64,000 nt of DNA from NCBI GenBank assembly GCA_965116885.1, contig OZ220741.1, positions 4,704,001-4,768,000 of the forward strand, given 5' to 3'. Position numbers and translations under genes: made by a program. Every line of letters begins with the position of its first letter. The first letter of the stretch is position 1. Source of the DNA: Candidatus Latescibacterota bacterium (GTDB lineage: Bacteria; Latescibacterota; UBA2968). Of this stretch, positions 46,346 to 55,610 are shown piece after piece. Below the pieces are notes generated by a model. That model searched no databases. It was not told where the DNA came from and saw only the letters and a program-made list of their open reading frames with translations.

Positions 46346-48850
46346 TTACCTGACAGTTCCCCCAACCACCACAAATGTCCCGCGCTGGATCTTTCCGTTG
46401 CTTTCTGGCGTCAGGGATTTCACCACGAAGAAATAGACCCCGGCTGGAACCTGTCCCGTCACCGCTTTGGTGAGCTGGATATATTCCGCTTCTCCAACCG
46501 CTGGATTATCGTGGTCAAACTCCGACATCAGATCCCCGGAAACCGAGAAAATCTTCACATTGCACTTGGACGGCAAATTCACGAATCGAATTTTATCCGA
46601 CCCCTCATAGGCGTGAGAACCATCGGCCAGGAAGGGATTGGGCACCACCGACACCTTCGCTTCCAGGCGTTCGGCCTCTGCATAAGCGGCCACTGCCGGA
46701 CTCGTGGGTATCCACGAATACCGGAAGAACTGCTCGGGAGCAGCCAATCCGCTCTCCAGCCCGCTTTGTACCGACTGCTGGGCAGCAGGTGGCAAATCGG
46801 ACAGCGTCCTGGTGCCATCGCTGCTGGTCCAGGTACTGTGACCAGTGTCATAAGCCGTCACCGCATAGTAATAGGCAAATCCAGCCAGAGATGTATCGTC
46901 GGTGTAAGAATACCGATCACCTTCTTTGTGCGCCGTATCTCCGACCTTGATATCCTTCAGGAGTTGCCAGTTGTCAAAATAAAAATCGCTGCGGTAAACC
47001 CGATAGCCGGCAATATCCTTCGCCTCAGTAGTACCCGCATAATCGGGATCTTCCAGATCGTCGATACTCTGCCAGCTAATTTGGGCCGTAGCTGCCGGTG
47101 TATTCGCGATCCAGGTGTGGAGATCCGGCGGTGGGAGCGGCACATCGCCGCCCAGTTCGTACATCGCCTGCGCGTGCTGCGCGTGCTTCATCAAATTCCG
47201 CATGGCCTTGTCCGTGTGCAAATCGGCCTGGTTCTGCGGGATATTCCGCTGCCAGCCCCACATATTTTCCTCTACTGGCATCGCCGCTGTAAAAGCCATC
47301 ACGATCTTCACGCGGTCACCCCTTTGCATATCGTAGGGACCGTAAGTGTGAGAAAACGCATGCCAGTTGGGCGACATGGGTTGCTCGGGAGTTTCGCCCC
47401 GTCGCGTGGGATTGTCCTGCACTGGCAGCGGCGCAGTCGGATTGTCTGGCCAGCCCGTGCGTCCGGCGATATTGAACGTACTCACCCGTTCGCCCGGCTT
47501 GGCCACCGACACCAGCGCAATACCGATCTCGTCGGTGCTATGCCGGTTGATATCCGGTTCTTCCTTGTGGGTGAACCACGGCACGGCAAAGGGCTGCTCC
47601 GCCACCTTTGGCGCTATGTAATTTGCGTAGTCGTCGTTCACAAAAGGCGGCGTATAGTCAATCGGAATCGCCCCCACGTACTGTCCGGCCAGAAGTTCTC
47701 CGCGCATTTGGAAGTTCACCCGCCCCCAGCAACACTGGTTTTCGGGCTGGTGGGGATCCCCCGCATCGTCGTGCGCTGTCAGCGGAGAATCCCAGTCAAA
47801 CGCATAGCTCATCTTCATCCCCACTGCATCGGCTACATCCGCGTGATTCGGGTCGGCCGTTCCATAGTTGGCCGCCTCGGTATAGCGGTACACATCGTCC
47901 TGAATCACATTGTAGTTCTCCGTTTCAGACCGGCGCAACAACCAGTAGTAATACCCCCGCGCTCTATCTACGCGATCGCGGTTGGCCGTACCGCCCTCCG
48001 TGGGCCAAAAATAGTTGTAAAAGGCAAAATAAACATCCTTGAGATTTAGCCCGGCACCCCCGTTGAGATCGGCAACGCCATCGCCGTCGGAGTCTCCGGT
48101 ATTCTCAAATATATTCTCCACAATGATGAAGTCATCCCAGTCCCGAAACGTCCACTGGTAGATCTTCTTTGTGCCCTGGATCCCGGCCTCCGTCGTCCAC
48201 TTGGCAATCGCCACCAGTTCTCCAAACCGCTTGTGCTCCGGCTTCATATACGTATGGAAATCCCAGTTGTGGATCTCCACGATATTTTCCGCGCCAGGAT
48301 GCGGCTGTCCCGGATACCAGTTCTTGGCTTCTCCGATAGGAATTCCCTTGAGCGGGTGCTGAGGATCCATTCCCACACCCAATTGCCCTTCGATTTCTGT
48401 ACTCACCGGATACTCCATCGGCGTGATGTCCGGACTGGTGGTCAGGCTCGTAAACGATACCACGAGTTCGTTCCCACGCGAGGGGGTGTATTCCGACGGG
48501 TCGGGCTTGGTGATAATAAATGTTCCCAGGCTCCGCGCCGTGGCCGTTCTCAGCAAGTAATTTTGCACCCACTGATTGGACCCCGGCCATCCGCGCCTAT
48601 CCCACAAACTGCCCGGCAAGCGGTTCCGCCCCGGATAGGCCACGCCTTCCATGCTGGCGCGCCGACTTCCGTCTCGATCGGGACCGTGCATGCCTGTGTT
48701 CATCAGCCCCGTCCAGAGCTTGCTGCGCCGCAGGTTGCGCCACGGCAGCCGAGGAATATTCTGAGCGGCTACCTCGCAGGCCAGCGACATCACAAAGATT
48801 CCCACAAGGATTGCCCCGGCCGTGCGAGAAAATTTCGCATACATTTTCAT
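46346..48850 (-). CDS. Large secreted protein with FN3-like segment and T9SS-like (Ig/FlgD) C-terminal domain
   Basis: Signal peptide; GYRVYRS...YYYAVTAYD; VSVVPNPF...IRFVNLPSKCNVKIFSVSGDL...GVYFFVV...GTFVVV. Confidence 0.8.
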   Translation of the reverse strand: MKMYAKFSRTAGAILVGIFVMSLACEVAAQNIPRLPWRNLRRSKLWTGLMNTGMHGPDRDGSRRASMEGVAYPGRNRLPGSLWDRRGWPGSNQWVQNYLLRTATARSLGTFIITKPDPSEYTPSRGNELVVSFTSLTTSPDITPMEYPVSTEIEGQLGVGMDPQHPLKGIPIGEAKNWYPGQPHPGAENIVEIHNWDFHTYMKPEHKRFGELVAIAKWTTEAGIQGTKKIYQWTFRDWDDFIIVENIFENTGDSDGDGVADLNGGAGLNLKDVYFAFYNYFWPTEGGTANRDRVDRARGYYYWLLRRSETENYNVIQDDVYRYTEAANYGTADPNHADVADAVGMKMSYAFDWDSPLTAHDDAGDPHQPENQCCWGRVNFQMRGELLAGQYVGAIPIDYTPPFVNDDYANYIAPKVAEQPFAVPWFTHKEEPDINRHSTDEIGIALVSVAKPGERVSTFNIAGRTGWPDNPTAPLPVQDNPTRRGETPEQPMSPNWHAFSHTYGPYDMQRGDRVKIVMAFTAAMPVEENMWGWQRNIPQNQADLHTDKAMRNLMKHAQHAQAMYELGGDVPLPPPDLHTWIANTPAATAQISWQSIDDLEDPDYAGTTEAKDIAGYRVYRSDFYFDNWQLLKDIKVGDTAHKEGDRYSYTDDTSLAGFAYYYAVTAYDTGHSTWTSSDGTRTLSDLPPAAQQSVQSGLESGLAAPEQFFRYSWIPTSPAVAAYAEAERLEAKVSVVPNPFLADGSHAYEGSDKIRFVNLPSKCNVKIFSVSGDLMSEFDHDNPAVGEAEYIQLTKAVTGQVPAGVYFFVVKSLTPESNGKIQRGTFVVVGGTVR

Positions 48851-48876
48851 GTCATATCCTCTGTCTAAGTTGAATC

Positions 48877-48905
48877 CGCGGTGTGGGCACTACGCCCACA
48901 CCGCG
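48877..48905. other. Perfect intra-operon stem-loop after the TonB-dependent receptor gene
   Basis: cgcggtgtgggc-actac-gcccacaccgcg (12-bp stem). Confidence 0.7.
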
Positions 48906-48919
48906 ACACTATAGCCTGC

Positions 48920-51900
48920 TTACCAGGTCAACCGCAACCCTGCAAATACCAGGCGCGGATTAGTCCTCGTAAATCTGCTCAGCTCATTGGCATCGCCGCC
49001 GAACTGCACGAACAACGGGTCGGTAGGTTGCGCTTCAAGCAAGCCCCATCGCACGTAATCTGCACTCGTGGATGGCGAGCCTTTGAAGTTGAACAAATTT
49101 TCGATCTCCACATAAAGCAGCGGGCGGATGCCCCTGATATTGAACCCTTTCTGGACGCTGAGATCTACCGTCGAGATCGTGGGACCCTCTTTCTTCAGGT
49201 TCAAGCTGGTTTTCGGATCCTGGTAATCGAAGATCCGCCCCGTGAAGATGCGGTAGATCATGTTCACCCGGACATCGCCGAACAGCTTGCTACCCCAGAA
49301 CATCTCGCCGGGACCAAAATCGGGCGGGCTGGCATAAATCAGTACCAGGCTCCCATTTGTCCGCGTGGCATCGCTGCGCCCACCTTCCACACTCCAGCCC
49401 GTGGTCGAAAAGGCGTAAAGCCCCCGCAGCGCTGCTTGCTCTTCACTGGACAGCCCACTCTGCTCCCACAAGGGATAAAATTTCCCATCGTTGGTCGCGT
49501 ACATCGCACCCACGCCGAACTCGCCGGCCAACCCCTGGTCAACCACAGCCTGTGCTTTTGCCTTTAATTCTTCCAGCTTGGCACCGGTCGGCGGAGCGGG
49601 GATCTCTGCGCCCGTATTCGGGTCAATTGTGTGACTGACCCAGTACCGGTTGGGATCGGCAATATAGGATGCATCCGGATAGATGCTGGCGCCCATATTG
49701 CCCCGCTTGGTGCCGCCAATGGTCAGGCGCTCGCCCCAGCCAAAGTTGAGTGCGGCTTTGAACGAGAAGTTGTGCTTCAACCCCTTCTTCAATGCCAGTT
49801 CGATGCCTCGGGTCGTGGTGTGGCCCCTCGGACCCTGTGAACGGGTCTTGGCTTTGCCACCTTGCTGCGGGTCGCGGAATACCGCACCATTAACACTTAA
49901 AAATCCATTGGTGATGCGGTAATAGGCAGTGCCCTGGAAGGAATAATCGCTGATGAAATTCCACTCCGTGCCCAGCTCAAAAGCCGTAGAGACCTGCGAA
50001 TGCTGCAAGGAGAAAAATTGGTCAATCACAAAGGCCGCGCCAAACGAGTCATTCCGATCCAGCGCATTGTTCTCTTCTTGCGGGCTGATGACCCCGTCGT
50101 TGTTGCGGTCTATCGAGTGCGGGCCTGTAGATTGCCAGTTCTGCTGGTATATCCGGCGGAAATCCGGACGGGTGTGGAATTTCCCGTAGAAGAAGTGAAT
50201 CTTGGACTTGGCCGTAATAGGATGCGAGATACCCACCCGTGGCATAAACCAGTTCATTGGCTGCATATCCCCGTACTGCGCATGCTCTCGGAAACGCGTG
50301 TAGTTGTAGCCCATTGGCGTTCCCTGGTAGGGATAAAGCAGTGTCTCACCACCGTTATACCGCTCGTAGCGGAATCCCGCATTGATGATCAAACCCTCAA
50401 ACTCCATCTTGTCCTGCACATAAGCGTGGAGTTCGGTGGGCGTAATCCCCACACCGGGTTCATATCGCTTGCCCCAGTAAATCAACCACCGAGTGCGCCC
50501 ATCCACATTTTCGTACGTCTCGGTTTTCCAGTTGTTGTAGCGATAAAACGTAAAACCGCCCTTCAAGAAGTGCGTTCGGGTCACCTGACTGGCCAGATCA
50601 AACCGGAGTGCCAGCTTGTTCTGCTGCCCGACGCGCAGATCCCGCACCTGCCCGGGATCTGCGTAAAACCACCCGTCATTATCCAGGGATGGATTTATTG
50701 TCACACTTGGAATGTCAATCGTGTCCTGCTTGCTGGCAATATACGACAACCGCACCTCGTAAAACGTCTTTGCCGATAGGGTGTGGATGCTGGACACATA
50801 GAACATGTTGTCCGTCACCTGCCACTCCCCACCGAGTCTTCCGCGTTCATCGAGGAAAATCGCCCTGGAATTAAAGCTGTCCGCATAGCGACCTTTGCGG
50901 CTGGAATACAGCCCACCTGCACGGAGCTTGATATCCGGTGTGGCACTATAGGTTAATTTGTAACTCACATCCGCGTTAAATGGCTCGCGCTCAGTCGGCT
51001 GGGGCAGGTTCCGCGGCTGAACATCGTGCTTTGTGGTGGCAAAGAACGACAGATCGCGGTTAATAGGCCCCGAAAGGGACGCCTCTAAAAAATGCCCTCG
51101 CACATCGGTATAATCGCTCGAAGGCCGCTGATGCACCTTCCGACCATTGACTGTTTCATTGGCCCATTCAGTATCGCCATACTTCAGCCGGCCCTGATGC
51201 ACGAAGCTCTCGTAAGCATTGTTGCCCCAGTGCTTCTGTTGTGCTGGCGAGTACCGATAGTGCAACTGCCCGTGGTAATCCCGACCGCCATCTTTGGTTA
51301 CAATCTGGATAGAGCCGGTATTGCCGTATTCGGCATTCAACCCGCCAGCCAGCACCGTAATCTCTGAAATCGCCGACGTATTGACATCGCCGGTCCAGTT
51401 CTGCGTGCCTCCGCGGGTGCCCGTCCCGCGCCGCCCGTCCGAGTGCGTCATACGCACACCATCTACCGTATATTCAGCCAACTCGCCGCCATTGCCGCCC
51501 AAAAAGGCATTGCGGATCCGATTTGTGCCGTCGATGTTGACACCCGCCTCCAGTTCGATAAATGAATCCAGATCGCGGACAATGGGCAGCACTGCGATAT
51601 CCTCGGCTGTCACCACATAACGGCTCTCCGTCACATCTGCCTCCACCGGAGGCCGCTCTGCAATCACGGTCAACTCACCCAGCTCCAGAGCCGCTTCATT
51701 GAGAGAAAAATTCACAGTCGTCGTCAGATCCGACGCAACCCGCACATCGGACTTGGTCTCACCCGTGTACCCGACCATCGACGCCTTCACCGTGTAGCTT
51801 CCCGGGTCAACTGACAGGACAAAATAATACCCCTCTGCATCGGTTGTTGCCCCACGGGTCGTCCCCTCCACCTGCACGTTGGCACCCGGCAGAGCTTCTC

Positions 51901-52015
51901 CAGCCTTATCGACTATACGACCAGTAATTTTTCCCGTTGTCGCCGCCTCGGCCAGGCTGACAAAACCGAGGGCAAAAATCACAACGAGAACAAAACCCAG
52001 ACATTTTCTGTACAT
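48920..52015 (-). CDS. TonB-dependent receptor with carboxypeptidase-regulatory-like N-terminal extension
   Basis: TTGKITGRIVD..GEALPGANV, plug motif GGLNAEYGN..IVTKDG, YVQDKMEF, PRVGISHPIT, C-terminal PRLVFAGLRLTW. Confidence 0.92.
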   Translation of the reverse strand: MYRKCLGFVLVVIFALGFVSLAEAATTGKITGRIVDKAGEALPGANVQVEGTTRGATTDAEGYYFVLSVDPGSYTVKASMVGYTGETKSDVRVASDLTTTVNFSLNEAALELGELTVIAERPPVEADVTESRYVVTAEDIAVLPIVRDLDSFIELEAGVNIDGTNRIRNAFLGGNGGELAEYTVDGVRMTHSDGRRGTGTRGGTQNWTGDVNTSAISEITVLAGGLNAEYGNTGSIQIVTKDGGRDYHGQLHYRYSPAQQKHWGNNAYESFVHQGRLKYGDTEWANETVNGRKVHQRPSSDYTDVRGHFLEASLSGPINRDLSFFATTKHDVQPRNLPQPTEREPFNADVSYKLTYSATPDIKLRAGGLYSSRKGRYADSFNSRAIFLDERGRLGGEWQVTDNMFYVSSIHTLSAKTFYEVRLSYIASKQDTIDIPSVTINPSLDNDGWFYADPGQVRDLRVGQQNKLALRFDLASQVTRTHFLKGGFTFYRYNNWKTETYENVDGRTRWLIYWGKRYEPGVGITPTELHAYVQDKMEFEGLIINAGFRYERYNGGETLLYPYQGTPMGYNYTRFREHAQYGDMQPMNWFMPRVGISHPITAKSKIHFFYGKFHTRPDFRRIYQQNWQSTGPHSIDRNNDGVISPQEENNALDRNDSFGAAFVIDQFFSLQHSQVSTAFELGTEWNFISDYSFQGTAYYRITNGFLSVNGAVFRDPQQGGKAKTRSQGPRGHTTTRGIELALKKGLKHNFSFKAALNFGWGERLTIGGTKRGNMGASIYPDASYIADPNRYWVSHTIDPNTGAEIPAPPTGAKLEELKAKAQAVVDQGLAGEFGVGAMYATNDGKFYPLWEQSGLSSEEQAALRGLYAFSTTGWSVEGGRSDATRTNGSLVLIYASPPDFGPGEMFWGSKLFGDVRVNMIYRIFTGRIFDYQDPKTSLNLKKEGPTISTVDLSVQKGFNIRGIRPLLYVEIENLFNFKGSPSTSADYVRWGLLEAQPTDPLFVQFGGDANELSRFTRTNPRLVFAGLRLTW

Positions 52016-52037
52016 CGAAAAGCCTCCTTAGTGAAGA

Positions 52038-52736
52038 TTACCAATAATATTTAATCCCACCCGACAGATCTATGGCCTGCATTGGGAAGACTTTTTCAAG
52101 CCCCCAGTCCTCCAGGGGACGGAGTTCGCCCATAATCACATTATACCGCAAGCGAAGATCAATCACAAATTGCTCGGACCCCGCGATGCTAATCCCACCG
52201 CCAAATGAGAACGTCAGTGCCGCCACCTTGTCGTTAAAGGCGGGATTCATAATGCTGGTATCCAGGGACGTTCCCGACTGCCCGGGAAAAATCAACCCCG
52301 ACACCTCGTTCGCAAATCCGAAGAACCCGACGCCACCCATTATATAGGGCGATGTGCCTTCACCCAACTCGTTGAAATGGAGCAGGCCGCTGGCGGTCAG
52401 GCTATTGAACGTCACGCCTTGATCGACATTTGGACTGCGGTAGTTCTGGCTATCAATTGGCCAGGTGAACTCTCGCGTATCCAGATCGCCGCCCAGCATC
52501 GAAGAATAGTGATACTCAATCTCGGCGACAATCCTCGACGAAGCTACATAGTTATAGCTAATCCCCAACTTGGGAGACGCAGAGTACCACTCGCCAAATT
52601 TGAACAACGGTACATTTGCACTCCCGAAAAACCCGATCCCCGACTGGCCTTCTTCCAAGGCTCCAGCCGTGGAAACCGAAATTAGAACCGCCCCAGCGAG
52701 GCATAGTGTTCTAAACATCTCTCTCAACATCCGCAT
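52038..52736 (-). CDS. Small outer-membrane beta-barrel protein (OMP_b-brl-like)
   Basis: Signal peptide, SPYIMGGVG, FGGGI, terminal GIKYYW; AAGGAGG before ATG 52736. Confidence 0.8.
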   Translation of the reverse strand: MRMLREMFRTLCLAGAVLISVSTAGALEEGQSGIGFFGSANVPLFKFGEWYSASPKLGISYNYVASSRIVAEIEYHYSSMLGGDLDTREFTWPIDSQNYRSPNVDQGVTFNSLTASGLLHFNELGEGTSPYIMGGVGFFGFANEVSGLIFPGQSGTSLDTSIMNPAFNDKVAALTFSFGGGISIAGSEQFVIDLRLRYNVIMGELRPLEDWGLEKVFPMQAIDLSGGIKYYW

Positions 52737-53362
52737 AAGCTGGCCCTCCTTTGAGATAGAAAAAAACACAAACACAACACGGTATCGCTCTCAATTCAAA
52801 TACCCCTCCTTTCTCCGGCTCAATACATTTGTAAAACTTATCTTTACATTGACAAAAAAAATCATCTAATCTAATAATCAGTTAAATATCTATTTCTAAC
52901 TTTCAAACATGAGTACAAAAAAACCATCTATACCATGCCTTCCTGCAGGTTTTTAGACGGTTTTAGCTCCAAACTGATAATGAAGATAAATTATTGTCTA
53001 TTATTTCTTAGCACTAAATTTATAATACAATCACACATCTTCACTTATATCACACATAATATGCATTAAGATTTCGCCCAATGTCAAGTGTTTTTTCGAT
53101 CATTTGCTCACGAAAAACATACAAGCTGCATGATCCAGCTTTAATCTTTGTTACCGACCTATCCCTATGCCTGGCATCTATTAAAACTGTTGCATACCAA
53201 AATCTTAACCCATATCCTGTATGTCTCTCTCAATATCATCAATTACAGAGACCCGCTCGATTTTGACGGCCTCGTAAAATTTTGAAGTCACACATCGCGT
53301 AAATGATATATCGTCCTTTTTAGAGAATGACGAGTTATATTTTTTATATCGCCCTGCTGCGC

Positions 53363-53391
53363 TTGACAACGCCTCTCAACCCCCTTAACTT
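53363..53391 (+). promoter_or_regulatory. Candidate sigma70 promoter for the FGE/peroxidase pair
   Basis: TTGACA-17 nt-TAACTT. Confidence 0.5.
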
Positions 53392-53428
53392 TCGGCATCT
53401 ACTCACTGTATTCTTTACGGATATCTCC

Positions 53429-54529
53429 ATGCCCACACATCTGTATTTTACCTTTGTCTTTCTGCTGGGACTTGTTGCCTCTGCCAACGCGCAGGGCGAT
53501 CCCGCCGAGATCCCCGCACGCTACGATCTGGCCCGCATGTCGCTGGAAGACGGCGAGGTCTATTATGCCGAGCAGCAATTCCTCAAAATCCTCAAAATTG
53601 ACCCCAAGCACGCACCCACACATTTAATTTTGGGCCGCCTCTATCACCGTCAAAAACACAACGCCAATGCTTATCGCCACCTCAAAACCTATCTCGATCT
53701 CTCGCCTGAAACACCCGACAAAGCCACAGTTCGCACCTTGCTCAATACCCTTGCCGAAAGCCTGAACGCATCCGGCAAAGGCTGGGTCGTCATCGACCCA
53801 TCGAAACCCTGGCGTCCATCTGCCCCCCCCCAATCCGACGAACTCGGTTTTATATCCATCCAGAGCGGAACCTTCCTTATGGGCGGCACTTTTGAAAACG
53901 AAAACCCCATCCGCCTGGTCACAGTGTCCGATTTCGAACTCTTAGACCACGAAGTCACCAACGCCGAATACTTCTCCTTCACCAGGGCCACGGCTCATCC
54001 CTCGCCCGAACACTGGCGCGAAGACTGGTTCTGGATGTCTGAGTTCGGCACCCACCCCGTTGTCAACATCACCTATTACGACGCCGAAGCCTATTGCCAA
54101 TGGCTGGACGCGCGCTTGCCCACCGAAGCCGAATGGGAATATGCCTGCCGCGCGGGCCGCACCCAATCCAAATATCCCTGGGGCGACGATCCGCCCGACG
54201 AACAAAAAGCCAATTACGGACGCATTTTCAAAACGCCTTATCCCACGAGAGCCGTCAAATCCCACCCCCCCAACGCCTACGGTCTCTACGACATGGCCGG
54301 AAATGTATGGGAGTGGTGTGCCGATTGGTACGATCCCAACTATTACAAAAACGCCCCTACTGATAACCCCAAAGGTCCGGACAAAGGCTTCGATTATCAA
54401 CACACGCGCAGGGGCGGGCAGTGGCAGTCCTCCCCTCATTCCCTGCGTTGTGCCCGCCGATATGGGGGCGAGCCTTCGGCTCAGGACAACGGCAGCATGG
54501 CCTACTTCGGCTTTCGCTGCGCCCGGTAG
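53429..54529 (+). CDS. Secreted TPR + FGE-sulfatase (SUMF1/PvdO-fold) protein
   Basis: FLMG, HEVTNAEY, HPVVNITYYDAEAYC, RLPTEAEWEYACR, PNAYGLYDMAGNVWEW, GFRCAR. Confidence 0.9.
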   Translation: MPTHLYFTFVFLLGLVASANAQGDPAEIPARYDLARMSLEDGEVYYAEQQFLKILKIDPKHAPTHLILGRLYHRQKHNANAYRHLKTYLDLSPETPDKATVRTLLNTLAESLNASGKGWVVIDPSKPWRPSAPPQSDELGFISIQSGTFLMGGTFENENPIRLVTVSDFELLDHEVTNAEYFSFTRATAHPSPEHWREDWFWMSEFGTHPVVNITYYDAEAYCQWLDARLPTEAEWEYACRAGRTQSKYPWGDDPPDEQKANYGRIFKTPYPTRAVKSHPPNAYGLYDMAGNVWEWCADWYDPNYYKNAPTDNPKGPDKGFDYQHTRRGGQWQSSPHSLRCARRYGGEPSAQDNGSMAYFGFRCAR

Positions 54530-54542
54530 GAGAGAGACCGCC

Positions 54543-55610
54543 ATGCCAATCCGCCTCACATTTCTCTGTACCCTCCTGATCGCCCTGCCGATAGCCATAT
54601 ATAGTGGCGACATACCCCGCGTGCCATTGGGCCATGACGAAATCCGCTATCTCAGCAGCATTCCCAAAGACAATCCCCTCACCCAAACTAAAATAGCCCT
54701 GGGCAAACTCCTCTTTTTCGACAAACGGCTCTCCAGAGACGGCAGCATAGCCTGTGGCTCTTGTCACCAGCCCCACCGCGCCTTTACCGATGGCCGCGTC
54801 TTGCCCACCGGTATCGACGGGCAGACTCCCACACGCAATGTGCCCACCCTCATCAACCGGGCATACGGCACGATTTATTTCTACGACGGCAGGGCTGCTT
54901 CCCTCGAAGAACAGGCCCTTATCCCCATCCAGAGCCCCACAGAAATGGGCAACACCCTTGAACAGGTCGTCTCTACCTTATCAACCATCTCTGGTTACCG
55001 CACCCACTTCAAAGCCGCATTTGGGGACAGCACCATCACGTCCGGCCGCATCGCCAAAGCCCTATCCGCTTTCGAGCGCACCCTGATCTCTGGCGAATCG
55101 CCCTACGATTTGTTCGAATACGGCGGTCCCAAAGGCGCCATGTCCGCATCCGCCATCCGGGGCCTGCGCCTCTTTCGCACCAAAGCGCGCTGTACACTCT
55201 GCCACATGGGATTCAACTACACCGATGAAGATTTCCACAACATCGGTACTGGCTGGGACCGCGCCGATCTTTCCGCTTACGAAAAAACCGGCAAACTGCA
55301 AGATATCAAAGGCATCGATCCCGGGCGCTATGCCCAAACTCAAAAGCCAGAACACTTTGGCGCAATGAAAACACCTACCCTCCGCGAAGTCGCACGCACA
55401 GCCCCCTATATGCACGACGGCAGCATCAAAACTCTGGAAGAAATCATCGAATTTTACGACAAAGGCGGTAATCCCAATCCCTTCCTCGACGAATTAATTA
55501 CCCCCCTCGACCTCACAGACGCCGAAAAACAGGACCTGATCGCCTTCCTCAAAGCACTCAACGGCATCAACTGGCTCCACATTGAGCCGCCATTTAGCTT
55601 CCCCGAATAA
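54543..55610 (+). CDS. Di-heme cytochrome c peroxidase (bCcP/MauG family)
   Basis: LGKLLFFDKRLS, CGSCH, RNVPT, CTLCH, KTPTLR..TAPYMHDG; real start ATG 54543. Confidence 0.92.
   Translation: MPIRLTFLCTLLIALPIAIYSGDIPRVPLGHDEIRYLSSIPKDNPLTQTKIALGKLLFFDKRLSRDGSIACGSCHQPHRAFTDGRVLPTGIDGQTPTRNVPTLINRAYGTIYFYDGRAASLEEQALIPIQSPTEMGNTLEQVVSTLSTISGYRTHFKAAFGDSTITSGRIAKALSAFERTLISGESPYDLFEYGGPKGAMSASAIRGLRLFRTKARCTLCHMGFNYTDEDFHNIGTGWDRADLSAYEKTGKLQDIKGIDPGRYAQTQKPEHFGAMKTPTLREVARTAPYMHDGSIKTLEEIIEFYDKGGNPNPFLDELITPLDLTDAEKQDLIAFLKALNGINWLHIEPPFSFPE

Noticed and set aside
46253..48049. 598-aa plus-strand ORF
   Set aside because: Antisense shadow of the 834-aa CTD protein; Arg/His/Ile-rich with no motifs.
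54060..54542. N-terminal extension of the peroxidase ORF (516 aa in the track)
   Set aside because: Overlaps the FGE gene out of frame; RBS and signal peptide point to ATG 54543.
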